Origin: Chrysomallon squamiferum | Lineage: Eukaryota > Animalia > Mollusca | NCBI GenBank assembly: GCA_012295275.1 | Contig: CM022665.1 | Coordinates: 41,540,001-41,604,000 of the forward strand | DNA length: 64,000 nt | Direction: 5' to 3' | Shown: positions 1-13,604 of the stretch, piece by piece | How the letters are laid out: every line of letters starts with the position of its first letter | Position numbering within the stretch: position 1 is the first letter of the stretch | Made by a program: the position numbers and the translations under genes | Notes under the pieces: generated by a model | The model's input: the letters and a program-made list of their open reading frames with translations, nothing else | What the model was told of the DNA's origin: nothing | Database searches by the model: none

Positions 1-743
1 TATTAATAATTGTTATCATCACCTGTAGTAGTTTTCTGCATTCTTCATGAAAATTGCATATTAGTATGTAAAAGATTAAAATAAATTATAAAACCCACAT
101 CTGCATCATACCACTAGTCTGAATTATAGATGGATAGATGGATAACAATTTTTATACTGAAATGCCTTGTCTTTAGTTAAAGGGAAATAACTGGTAATAT
201 TGCTAAAAAGTTTTTAATATTTAACAATGATCAGTAACAAAATGGTAACTGTTAAGAAAGCAATATTAATTCATCAACATCTGGATATTATTTTAGAAAA
301 TTTGTTCTCAACTGATTACAGAAGAGTTTCCTGTGAACCATATACTCAGTGACATAAAATATTTTTAACAGTCCAGTCATTTGTACGTGTGGGTTTTCCC
401 TCCAAATAAGCAGCTTGATTTCTTTTCAATAATTATTAGCTGGTTAGACTTTTTAATCAATTTTGAACAAGTACTGAAACACCTGTATAAATAATAGGTG
501 AACAAAAATACTTAATAAAAATTCTGGATTTATCATAAAACATTAAGAAGAAGGTTCTAACTTGAATGAACAGACTTAATACTTGTCATTTTCTATTGTT
601 TTTTTTTTTTTTTATTATAATTATTTTTTTTATTTGATTCACTTTATTTCTTTCTTTATATTTTATTAAATAAGAACAATACAGTTTATTTTTACACAAG
701 AACTGACCATTACGTAAAAAAATAATAATACTAATCTGCTTAC

Positions 744-2744
744 AGCTTTGATTTCATCGCCTCGGAGAGAACCTGGTAAATCTTGTTTGTTTGCAAAAAC
801 TAAAAGTGTGGCACCAGCCAGTCTCTGAAATATTAATTTAAAAAAAAGTAATATTTTATTAATAATTACAGTCAGAAAGGTTTAATACAGAAACTGTCAC
901 TTAAAATGTGCAGTGCAAATAGAATTACAAAATCGTAATTTTAAAGAAAGAAAAAAATTGTTTAATAAGCACCAAATAAATTATTACTAGGAATGTTTGA
1001 AATCTGGAAAATGCTAAATAACAGATGTTTTCATTTCAAATGTCAGTTCAATTCAATTGTTAATTTTTTTTAAATTTCAATTTTTCCACAGAATATATAG
1101 TTTGTAATTGGTTTTCAAAATGTCAAAATGTCATTACGAAAAAGCAAAAAAGCCATAAAACAAATATAAGCATAGACATATTAACACATGCATTTTTATG
1201 TGTATGTGTGTGTGTGTGTGTGTGTGTGTACACACACATATATATGAAGTGTAATCTACTACTTATACCTCTTCTACAAGAAGAACCTGCAGTTCCTGTT
1301 TGCAATCTTGAAGTCTCATTCTATCTGCACTATCAACAACCCAAATCAAACCATCAGTGGATTCAAAGTAGTTTCTCCAGTATGATCGAAGAGATTTCTG
1401 ACCACCAACGTCCCATATGTTCAATTTGTACCTAAAAGAAGAATTTTTTTTATTTCAGTTATTAATGACGTTCAGGTTATTGAATAACTTCAAACGGTTA
1501 ATTTGTATCTAAATGAAAAAAATAACATTTTCTTATTTTCCTTTCTGAAAATTACAATAAAATATGTCTGGATTATCAAATAATATTTATATTTTTCAAT
1601 TTATATCTAAATGAAAAACTGTATTTTGTTATTTTCTTTTTGGAATATAAATTATGATATATATCTATATGATCAAAAAGTTTCAAATATTTAATTTGTA
1701 TCTAAATCAAGAACTGCATTTTTTTTTTGTTAGTGGATATTTGAAAATAAATTATAACATCTAGATTATCAAATAATTTTAAATAGTTAATATGTATGAA
1801 AAATCAGATTTCATACTTTTCTTTGTTACTCCCTGAATAATTCTAAATATTTTGAATTTAAATTAAAAAAAAAAAAAAAAATATATATATTTCATCAATT
1901 GAGGGTCTTACAGTTAATTCAATGTCTTTAGTTCAAATCTAACGTAGGAAAATCTCCTTTATTAATGAAATATTGATTATTTGTAGATAATTAAAGTACT
2001 TTACAAATGAAACATAATCTTTTGTATCAAATATATATCATTTATTAAATTTTTTAATCATTTACATTTTAATTAGCCCTCTTGAAATTTCTACAATAAA
2101 ATATAGAAAAATTATTTCAAACAATTGATCAGATTTCATGAATAATATTTGTAATTTAAAAAAAAAGAATAAAGAAAAGAAAGAAACAAAAAGCATACCC
2201 TCTATGTTCTAATGTCTTAATATTGAAACCTAGTGTAGGTGAAATTGTGTCAATATCTTCTCCATTGAATTTCTTTAATATTGTTGTTTTTCCAGCATTG
2301 TCCAATCCTCTGAAGTGAATGTTAAGATGACTATTCTTTTTCTTTCATATTTTATTTGTTAAAATACATTATTATAATCATTATTAGTATACTCATATAT
2401 TCAGTATATTTCTTAATCTTAGATCAGTTGAATTATTAGGAAAAAAAATTCTTATGAATTAAATTATAAGATTATTATATTCATAATGAATAAAGACTAT
2501 TAATATATTTTTTATATTTATTTAATTATTTCGTATAAAAATAATAATGTGGGTCAGTATTTTAGCAAATACTTTGGCCAGATCCAGGTGATGGCAGATC
2601 AACATCATGCAAATGACTTGAAATGTCATATCGAAAATAAAAGGATATTTACAATTATTATATTTCAATAAAAGGATACAACATCAACAGCCTGACTTCT
2701 TTTTCTTTTTGTTTCATTTTCTTTAAAATGGTTAAAAGTCCCAT
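744..2744 (-). CDS. ARL2: ADP-ribosylation factor-like GTPase 2, exons 1-4 (last exon lies beyond the window start)
   Basis: Exons 2744-2680, 2309-2199, 1431-1269 and 824-744 have GT-AG boundaries with consistent phase. They translate to [99 protein letters not shown]...[18 protein letters not shown], with G1, G3 and G4 motifs and the ARL2-type N-terminus. Confidence 0.97.
2310..2679 (-). other. U12-type (minor spliceosome) GT-AG intron, ARL2 intron 1
   Basis: The donor reads GTATCCTTT (reverse complement of 2671-2679). A branch-like TCATCTTAAC (reverse complement of 2321-2330) ends about 11 nt before the 3' splice site. Confidence 0.85.
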
Positions 2745-3192
2745 TGTTAACTAAATTACCAGCAAATTTTCTAACAAATAAATGTACTTTTGCATTTGTT
2801 TACAGGAACTCTTTTGAAATGGAAGACGTATAATTTTAATCACCAGCATTAACATTAGAAGACGAACAACAAATGCGAAATAATAGTTTAAAAAAAATAT
2901 ATATATATATTTTTTTTCTTTTTTAAAATATGTAATTTTAATTTTTTATTTATTTATTTTTTAATGACACAACCGTTGTACAAAAATGTGAAGCTATGTT
3001 CAAAACATTAGGTACTTCGCAAATGAAGTTAACTTTTGTATAATTTCACATAGATTACTTCCGGATGGACTTTCCGGTTCCGTATTTATCAATTTTAATG
3101 AAATAAATTTAATGGTAGTTTGATGTTATTTAATATAAACATAGAAATGTAACGACAGATCATTACTTAAAAGAGAAAATCTTATATTTATA
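2745..3192. promoter_or_regulatory. Bidirectional promoter ARL2 / RPS6KC1 with tandem ETS-type motifs
   Basis: Only 448 bp separate the divergent ATGs. ACTTCCGG (3057-3064) and TTTCCGG (3071-3077) are clustered CCGGAA cores in otherwise CpG-poor DNA. Confidence 0.65.
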
Positions 3193-5546
3193 ATGGCTTT
3201 AAAACCTGCAAAACAAGAAACAATCTGGTGCTTTAGTGTGCGTGATCCTCAACTTCATCCAAAAGGGTTCACAATTTATAAAGTAACATGTAAAGTATGT
3301 CTTCCAAATATGTTTATGTTTTTCAAATAAATATAAGTTACATTTCGTGCATTAAAATTAATACTATTAATAAAATTCTGTTAATATGCGAATATTGTTA
3401 TAAAAATTGCATAATAGTAGCCTAAAAGGTAACTCCAGTGCCAGTTACTGAGTCTCAGTCAGTTGAGTCACGTGAGTGGCGATCATATCGCATAATCATG
3501 TATGTCTCATATTCTCCAGTTCCAAATGATGGAGGTTGGTCATGTCACCAAGGTTCACACTTCTGTTTTCATGCCTACCTATAAATTATAGAAAATGTAT
3601 TTTGAACATTTCTTTCAAATGAAATGACACATACACAGTAACACTAACAAAACAACATTCACTCCAATACAAATAAGCTTTAAAAAATTAATATATTTGT
3701 ATTTGTAGAAATTACACATACATTAAAATTATATATAATATAGTGTCTGAATCTTGGACAGCTATTAGCTATTTACTCTTTGAGTTAAGCATTTATATGG
3801 CTGTAACTAGACTCTTTGAAATGAGGCAAAAACTGATGTCTTTGAAGTCAGTTATGTCTTTCATCGCAGTGATGTTGGTAGACTTCAGATGGTAACTGTA
3901 GACATAATCAAATCCATTCAGTGGATATTGTTTCTATTGGAATAGATATTTATATTTTATATTTTTGAAACAAAATCTTTGTTAAAAAAAAAAAAAAAAA
4001 AAGAAATATCAGTTTTGGCTATGGCCATGATTTAAATATTATTGTTTTTTGTTTTAAAATCCAATAAATAACCTAAAATAAAATTTATTTACTTTTTCAG
4101 TTTTTCCCTATAAACAAACCAGAAAGTCTTACAGAGGTTAGTATATTAATTATATTGTGGCTCTTTCTTCCTTTTTTCTTTTCTTTTCCAAGCTATGTAT
4201 TCATGTCAATATATATAAATTGATAAATATATAACTTTTCACATGGTAGATAAATAAACTATTTTATCTATTATTTACTTTTAAGTGCAAATTTGTTTCA
4301 AAAAGTACATTCAGTTAATAAAATTAATATGATCATTTTTTTTTGAAGAAATATTTTGACTTTTTGAATAAGGATTATCTGATATGGGTCCTATCTATTT
4401 TATATACTAATGCTTTTCTATCTACTACTAAAACAAAATGATTAACAAGAATCACCATCCTTTATACAAAATGCTTATCGAAAACAGGTCAGGGGCCTCT
4501 GACTAGAATGGGAAATAACTCAGAGCATACTGTGTCAAGACTTACTTAAGACTTACTGACAGAATTCAGTAGTCAACATGATGCTGTTCAGAATGTATCT
4601 GAAGCATGAGATGAGGCCCAACCTGGACATAGTTCCATTCCACAACCTGTCACTGCTTCTCCAGACCCATGTGATACACTGGGTACCAAATCACACTGGG
4701 GAAAAGATTCAGATTAGTCTGCCGTTCTAACTGAGGATGATCTGACTTTCTATAACATTTAAATTTGTTTAGTTTTTGGATATATATATATATTGTTTTA
4801 TTTTATTTTATTTTATTAGATTGTTTGTTGGAAGAGATACAATGATTTCAAAGAACTCTTCAAAGTAATGTTGAAACTTCACAAAGCTCTCCACAGACGA
4901 GATGAATTCCCTCCCTTTGCTAAACCAAAACTGTTTGGTAAGAAACAACATAAATCATTTTTCATTTCTGATTTGATTTAGTTTTAGTTTGCACACACAC
5001 ACACAGTTTGTTTAACATAAAAATAAATAAAACATAAGTTGCCTTTTTGAAGTATACTGTTACTTTATATGTGCACTAAACTATTATATATATTTTTATT
5101 TAGAAATCAAAATACAAGCTTGAAATAAAAATTTAAAAAAAAAAATGATTTCTCACCCTGAAAAAGCAAAATAATAAATTTATTTAATAACATGCTCTAG
5201 AAGTGCATTATCTTGTTGATGCAGGTCGTTTTGATGAAGCTGTAATTGAAGAAAGAAGGCTGAGTGCAATTAATCTGCTTGATTTCATTGGTCACCAGTC
5301 ACACCTGTACAGTTCACAACCTTTCAAAAACTTCTGGGAGGTAAAATAAATATATCTTTGATTTGTAGTAGCATTTTTTCATCAATTTTTAGAGTTTATG
5401 TCTAACACAAATCTTTAGATTGTCAGTGTTTTAAAATAGTTACTAGTTATACGTTTTGTTTTCACCATTTCTTCAGTTCATTATATTTTTATCCTTTCTG
5501 TTTAAAGTACTTCAGTTTTATGGTCTGTCTGTGTGTGTGTGTGTGT

Positions 5547-5607
<61 letters not shown>

Positions 5608-5615
5608 CCCCCTCC

Positions 5616-5654
<39 letters not shown>

Positions 5655-5687
5655 TCCTCTCTCTCCCCCTACCCTCCCTCCCTCCCT

Positions 5688-5766
<79 letters not shown>

Positions 5767-5956
5767 TCCCCCTCTCTCTTTCTCTCTCTTTCTCTTGCAA
5801 TATATAAATATGGGTAGAGTAGAGAATTAAAAGACAATGAATCAGTGGAAACTGAATACATGCAAATGGCGTTTAACATGAAAATATGTTTATGACACTT
5901 AGAAAGTTACAAAATAAAATGTTTATCAGATACGAAACTACTCTCTCTCTCTCTGC

Positions 5957-5993
<37 letters not shown>

Positions 5994-8503
5994 AATATAT
6001 ATTTCAAAGATTTACAACAGATTTTAATTTATTTACATAGCTGGCATAAAATAAAATAAAAAAAATAAAAGTAAGTAAATATTTTATATATATTTACATG
6101 GGTTAAAAGATGAATGTATTCAAAAATATATATATATATATATATACTTTATGTTTTGTGGAGAGTAGAGCTGAGAGTTTGTAACATTTATGTAAGCTTT
6201 TATTTATTTAGGGAGGGAAAGTGTCACAGTCTGGCTTCCATGCTGGTCCTGTCCTGCGTCCATCCAAACTGGACATTCTTTCCGATCACCACACCACCAG
6301 TGTTCCCCCTGATGTTGTACCGATTCTAGAGTCACAAAAACTTGCTGAATCAGCCACTGAAAGTGATGTGAAGTCGACAGTACCCGACCTGACTTCTCCT
6401 GTCAGTGAAGTATCTGAATGTAGTCAGAAGTCACAGTCAATCAGCTCAGTCAGCAAAGAGTGAGTCCAGTGTTTTTTTTATATAGATAGACAGACAGAAA
6501 AACAGATGGACAGATGGATATATATATATATATATCTTGACCATCAAATCAAGAATAACAGAATATACACCTATCTTATACTATAATAAGCTTCATTTTG
6601 ATACCACTTCCATTTCCATAAGTGTGTTAGTGTCAGCATTATGACCATGTCAGAAATTAATAAAAATTCATAGTAATTGTGCTAAATGTCATCAATCTAG
6701 GATTCTCTTTCATAAGTATTTTTATATTTATAGATTTGTGATGTTTATATTGATTTTCTTTCTGTAAGCTATTTAGGTATGTTTCTTTTAAAATATTTTG
6801 ATAAAGGAAACCATAACTGTTTGCTGCATTTCTTATATAATTTATAAAAGAAAACAAAAACAAAAACAACAACCAAAAAATTCCAGGTTTGGTTTACTGA
6901 AGCAGTTTTTGTTTCCTGGGCTGAAATCTGTTCTCATAATAAAAATAAAGTTCAGATTTATCATCATCATCATCATCATTATAACTTCTGGTGTAACAAT
7001 GAATTAGATTAATAAACATTCTGCTCCTGTTCTGTCACCTTAATTTTTTTTTTTTTTTTTTATAAATATTTTTAAATATATTTTTTTTAATTATTATTAT
7101 CTAGGATTAAACTCCTAGAAGGAACGTGGAACTTCCCACAACTTCCCGACAACATCAGTCTGAGTTCGTCCATCGACGTTGACGAGTTTGGCGACACTGA
7201 TGCCGACTCGCCCCTCGCCACGTCTCTCCCCGACACAGACCTGTCTTTCTTTGACCCCATCAAATCGGACACGGGAAGTCATTCTGAGCATGAGCATGAC
7301 CTCACTCAGAGCGTCAGCTGGCTTATACAAGCTAAAACCACCTGCGCCAACATAGACGACATCGACGGAGATATGCCACTCGGAGCAGAAGCTGTCAGTG
7401 AGGAATTTGAACATGGCCGCATGGTTGCCAAGGAAATGACGGTCTCCAACAACAGTTCGGTTCGAGGGAGCCGGGATGACCTCACAGAGAGCTGTCAGAG
7501 TGGACAGAGTGACCACACGTTTGACATCAGCGAGTTCGACCCGTTGAGGAATCGGTCGTTGTCGAAGGTGGAGTGTGGGAAAGGTGACATTGATCTGTCT
7601 CGTCCCAGCTCTGTGAGTCAGGGCAGTGCCAATTCTGTCTCCAGTATCTCTTCACCAGCCAGGTCTGAAAGTTTACAGAGTTAATTGATTTTTTTTTTTC
7701 AGAAATTTTAATTGTTTTTTTGATTACTCATTTGTAGGACAAAAAAAAAAAAAAAAAAAAACATTTGCAGTTTAATAATTTTAAAATATTTAAATCTGAA
7801 TGTATTATTTCAGTGTGGGTCTTGTTTTTAATTTTTATGAATTTACATCAGTTTGGAAATGTTAATATAGATAATTATTTTTCAGTCAGACGCAAATGTA
7901 GCTATTTATGGTTAATTTTATACTATGTGTATATGAGGAAGTATCATGCAGTATGTACATACAAAGTATAGTATGAAGCACGAAAAGCCACAGCATAAAT
8001 AATTATTTTATGCAAGAATCTATGTGTGTGTGTGTGAGTGTGTATGAGTAGGTATCTGTGATAATTTACGTTCTTGCTATTCTATCTTCCTTCACACACT
8101 CATTGTGGTTTACTTAACAGATCAAGCAAATCAGTTTCTAGAGGTTGCAGTATGACACCAAGTCCCAGAAAACAGAGGACTACCACTCAGTCAAGTGTCT
8201 CGACCATGGATCTGGGTGGCAAAGATGACTACATTTACCTGGCAGCCAACCAGATCTGCCTGGCTCAGGAGTGTGAAGCCAATGGAAGTTATGAAACAGC
8301 TTTTAACTGTTACAAGACCGGTGTTGGAATTCTGTTGCAAGGAGTACAAGGTATATAGATAATAAAAAAAAAATGTGTCAATGAGCAAGTCGTTTGTATG
8401 GTAGTTTACTGACTGGAATTTTTAATTTTAAGAATTTTGCTTTTATTGTTTTAATAATTATATGATAATTATTGTTATTATAATAATTTTATTATTAATA
8501 TTA

Positions 8504-8534
<31 letters not shown>

Positions 8535-11500
8535 TTTATTACCATAATCATTATCATTCTTCTTCTTATTATTATCATCATTATTAATAATATTGTATTA
8601 TGTTATTATTATTATAATCATTTTCATTAGCATTATTATTATTATTTTTTTATTTTGCCTTACTATTTACTAATTTGTTGATATGTTTGTTTTATTTTTT
8701 TGAACTATGACTCAAACTTGTCTTTTTTCTAGCTGACAGCAACAAAGCTCGAAGAGATGCTGTACGCAGGAAGACAGCTCAGTACTTAATCAAAGCAGAG
8801 GATTTGTACAATCGCTACCTGGCCAAGGACAGCTGTGATGAGTGGAGATGGTCAGGTGTACGTTTTGAATTAAAGATAAAACTTTTTCTTACAACCACAG
8901 AAATATTTTTTAGTTTTCATGGATGACGTCTGTTTTCTCGTTACCGTTTTTAACTTTTTGTGAACGAACGTGATATTTTTTGAGTTCAAAATTAATATAA
9001 AAATTATTTCAAAATATAAAATTTTCATAGAGTTAAACTTTTAGAAGGAACTTGAAACTTGAAAGTTCCCACAAGAAAGGCATAAAAAAAAGAAAAAAGA
9101 AGAAGACATAAAAATAAAAATAAAAATAATAATAATAATAATAATAGTGACAGAAGTAGTAGTAGTAGCAGCAGCAGCAATAGAACTATAATAATAATAA
9201 ATAATTTAAAAATTATTATTAATATAAACATGTTTAATTTAGATTGACACGGTCCTATCACCAGCTCTAGAAATTGATCCAGCACTTGCTTTTGTTCGAG
9301 GCTCCATCTCTGAATTAAGAAATTTCAAAGTGCTGGGAACAGTTCACAAGGTCATCCTTGTCATGGATAAAAGCACTGATGAGACGTACTGTGTTAAGGT
9401 TTGTTAAAGAACAGGATTTTTAATAATCATTTTTATTGTTATTGATTTTTTGTTAGTCAGTGAAGTATGTATCTGTTTCATATACATGTAATTATTTCAA
9501 ATAATGTAATAAAAATATCATTGAATAATTAATCAAAAAGTGCATTTTATTATTTTAATATATTTTTTTTATTATGTCATTAACATATATACATCTGCTA
9601 TGTTTTTATTTAGTATATTTTAATGTTGATGTCACACACACATGCACACACACACACACACATGCACACTTACAGGTACAAATAATACAATAGTACTAAA
9701 CAAGTAATTTCTTGCAACACTTCAGACGATACACAAGGCTTCCATGCTGTTAGAGAAGAAGGCTACCATCCTGCCCACCTCTTGTCCATACATGGTCAGC
9801 TTGTACAAGTTCTACGAGACTCAAGATGCTATTTACTTGCTGCTGCAGCATGCCAGTGGAGGGAAGCTTTGGACCTACATTGGTAGCTACATCCTCAACA
9901 GCATGGCCAATGCATCGGGTGACGAAATTAATCTGGGCATCGGTCTGCCGGAGAGCAAAAACATTTATTCAGGTCAGAAAACACACACTGTGGTTGAGGA
10001 TGTAGCTAAAATCAAACCGAAAGATGAGAATGTCTGTGAGATTTCTACTTCTGTCAGTGAAAACAAACGTCTGACCATAGGACCAAAAACATCCGAAGGA
10101 CGCTATATCAAATTTGTCAACGTAAGCTCGCCCGAAGAAAATAATGTTGAGAACAATGACAGTCTTCTGGATGACAGCATGTTATCACCCAGCAGCAACA
10201 AGAAACCTGATTACAACAGACTGTCCAGCATGTCTTCAGACGGTTTCCATGGCAGTGACGTTTTGAATACGAGTCATGCTGCAGCAGACATGGATGACCT
10301 GGATGAGGAAGAAGGTCAGTTTCAGGATATTTTGAAAGAAACACGACCGTCGTTAGAAAAGTTTTCCATAAACAGTTTTGACAGTGATGGCTTCCACAGA
10401 CTGGACAGTGCCCTCTCTGACCAGATTGAAAAGATTCCCGAAGGAAACGAGTTTCCTGAGATGGACCCCAGGGACACTTCAGTGACTCTGGACAAAGACG
10501 AAGTCTTCTGTAACAGTGCCGTGATGGAAAATCAGAATACTTCTGTTTTGTCAGACGCAGACAACCATGACACCTCTAGCAAAGCAAACTCAGAAGCTGA
10601 ACAGATTGTACAGAGCTCGAAAGAACTGATCAAATCAGTGGAACGAATCCTTTCAGAATCGGACGGCACAAGTCAGTCGCCGACACATCCAGAAGATGCC
10701 CAAACTGACGACGATACCGGAGTGACGACTACATCAACAGAAGACATCAATCTGTCTCCTTTAAGTCTTTCACCAGGTCAGGTTACGAATGTGTCTAGGG
10801 ATTCTGGAGAGACTAGTATTTACGACATCCATCGAACACCCAACGACAGCGACTCAAGTGAGGCTGCTGAGAAAGCTAAAACTGTGGTCTGTGATATGAA
10901 CTCTGATAATGGTGAACAGTGTAATAACAGTACACACCAGTCTGTAGATACTTTGATATATTCCAGCATGGAAGATGGCAAAACTGCAAGAGATGGTGCG
11001 GGAAAGAAAGGAACTGACAAAAAATTGTCATCCAAACGATCGGGAAAGTCGCTGACAAAACTGAGTCTTAGTCGAATGAACTCGAACGATCTTATGACAA
11101 GATCGGCCTCCTTTGAATGTGATATGAAGTCACCCACCAAGAACCGAGCTCGTGCTCTGTCTAGTTTTTTTGAACAGTTGGATGCCATTGATCCAGAACA
11201 AGTGAAACTTCCCGAATCTTGTATCAAGCGTTGGGCAGCTGAGATTGTATGTGCCTTGTCGAGATTACATGAGTTTGGAATCATTTGCAGGTAAAACTGT
11301 GATTTTTTACTGTATCATCTCTAGCTATTAATAGTTCAAAGATAATTAGGAAATAAGAATCACATGCCTATGTATAAGTGGGTTTTAGGCTCATTAAAAA
11401 TGAATTTATAAATTCCTGATCTTTTTTTCCTCGGGGAAGGTGCATATAAAAATATATTTTGCTTCTAATCAGTAAGAGTAACTCCTATAGTGCAGCACTG

Positions 11501-12216
11501 GATTTCTTCTCAAACCAATTCACAGAGTCTGTTGTTTAATAACTGTTGAAAATAACAGAGTGTTCAAATACCATGAAATAAATGGGTGAACTCTGATTTA
11601 TTCTGGATCATTGAACATCTGCTATTCATTTTTATTTTTTATTTATTTATTATTTTTGACACTTTCTTTTCAGAGATTTAAAACCTGACAACATACTTCT
11701 TGGTGACAGAGGTCATATCCTGTTGACCTACTTCTGTCAGTTATCACAGAGTGACAAGGTCATTGACCAGAAAGCTGTAGAACAGCTGTATGTTGCACCA
11801 GGTAAAAAAAAAAAAATTTAATTTTTTTTTTTTTAATTTTAAAAAAATTAATAAAAAAAAAATTAAAATAATAGTTAATAAAAATTTTAATTTGCAAATG
11901 TAAATTAGTATAAATCTCACAATTTAATTACTTAATTTTTTCTTTTGTAAAATAAATAATTAATATGATTAGGCTATTTAAGACATAAGCTAAATAAAAA
12001 CTGCTCTTATATGACCTGAAATGATGAAAATTGAATTTTATAAAGTCTTGATCCTAATGAATCAAAAATTAAAATAATTATTCTTGTATGAAATAAAAAA
12101 GAAATATCAGCACATTTTATAATAGATTTTTTTTTTTCCTTTGTTGATTTCATTGCTTTTTTTTTGTTATTATGATGATAATGATTATGATTATTATTAT
12201 CATTATCATTGTTATT

Positions 12217-12258
<42 letters not shown>

Positions 12259-12743
12259 GTTATTTTTATAGATTTTTTTAACAGATTAATAAGCATGTTT
12301 TCTTATTATATATAGATTTTTTTTAACAGATTAATAAACATGTTTTACTAAAATAACTTTCTTCTTCTTATTATTATTATTATCATTATTATCATTATTA
12401 TTATTATTATTTTCAGAGGTTAGTTCAATTTCTGGGTACTCAGAAGTTTGTGACTGGTGGAGTCTGGGTGCCTTGTTGTATGAACTGCTTGTAGGAAAGG
12501 TTTGACATAACTTCCATTTTAACAGCTTTAAGAACTCAAGTTTACACGCATCTGTTTTCTAGTTTCAGAGAGATGCAGTAATAGTTACATTTATTTATTT
12601 ATTTTTTTAAATCCGTTAAGTTGTCATCCAGACATTCCTGATTTCATTTGTGAGATGAGTATTTTTCACTGCCACAATTATTCTCAGTCTGTCATAGAAA
12701 TGAAACAAACAAATTATTTGCCTTAACGTAATAAAATTTGTAT

Positions 12744-12797
<54 letters not shown>

Positions 12798-13604
12798 TAT
12801 TACTATTAATATTATTATTATTTTTTATTTTTTTTCTAGAGTCTACTTCATTGTCATCCAGGTGGAATCAATTCTCACACACAACTCTACATTCCTTCAC
12901 ATATCTCAGCAGAAGGGCAAGCTTTGCTGCATGAGGTACCTTGTGAATTTATTAATCATATACATACATACATACATATATATATAACTTTGTTTTTCTT
13001 TCTCAATAACTACAGTTTGTTTATTTTAGCCAGTACCATTAATGCACTAAATATTGCTGTTTAATGGATTTTTAAAATTATTTGTCCATTATTTATCTAG
13101 TTCTTTATTATGCATATTTATTCATCAAAGTTTCACTGATTGCTGTTCAGTCTGTTTATTTTAGCAATGTAAATATCTCACATTATTCATTCACAGGTTT
13201 TTTAAAGTTATTTTTTTATTAGTTTTCTCGTTCATAATCAAACTGTATTACAGCTACAGTGTTTTTTGTTTTTATTGTTATTGTTTTTTTATACTGGAGT
13301 GTTATGTAACATCCATTCATTCATTCTTAAAAGGAAATTAATACAGATGTATGTACCTTTTCTCATTCTTTCTCTTTTTAGTTCATATGCTAGTATTTCT
13401 TCCACTCTGTCTGCACAAATATTTTAAATAGTCATCAGAAGAAATATTCAAATCTGACAGTTTTAATATCTTTTTTTATATCTTCTTCAGCTACTTCATT
13501 TCAACCAGCATGAACGACTTGGATCTGGCATTGATGGAGCAGAGGCCATCAAAGCTCATCCATTTTTTTGTGACATCAACTGGAACAGTCTAGAAAATCA
13601 GTGA
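3193..13604 (+). CDS. RPS6KC1: RPS6KC1/RPK118-family protein (PX domain, MIT domain, split pseudokinase), about 1224 aa, 14 exons
   Basis: Exons 3193-3294, 4101-4136, 4820-4937, 5225-5340, 6212-6459, 7105-7662, 8121-8350, 8733-8857, 9243-9398, 9726-11290, 11674-11801, 12417-12499, 12840-12935 and 13491-13604 sum to 3675 nt in frame. Motifs: PX ([30 protein letters not shown]), MIT ([36 protein letters not shown]) and a kinase fold ([15 protein letters not shown] in place of DFG, YVAPE, DWWSLG). Confidence 0.93.
5531..5795. repeat. Compound (TG)n/(CT)n/(CCCT)n microsatellite
   Basis: Directly visible simple repeats in RPS6KC1 intron 4. Confidence 0.95.

Noticed and set aside
1432-2198. ARL2 intron 2 donor GTATGCTTT resembles a U12 donor
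   Set aside because: Position +5 is G, and the 3' end is a plain pyrimidine tract with no U12 branch sequence, so it is treated as U2.
5456-5879. ORFs of 94-125 aa rich in SL or ER repeats
   Set aside because: They are translations of the (CT)n/(TG)n microsatellite. The same applies to the HT, ER, poly-I and poly-L ORFs at about 12742, 20368-20774, 27976, 41181 and 58649.
10117-11284. Antisense ORFs over the large RPS6KC1 exon (also over APLF at 43119-44983)
   Set aside because: These are shadow ORFs of real coding exons with no independent support.
9243-13604. Kinase domain lacking the Gly-rich loop and DFG and split by a ~400-aa insert
   Set aside because: This is the known architecture of RPS6KC1 pseudokinases. 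It is not novel and does not indicate a pseudogene.
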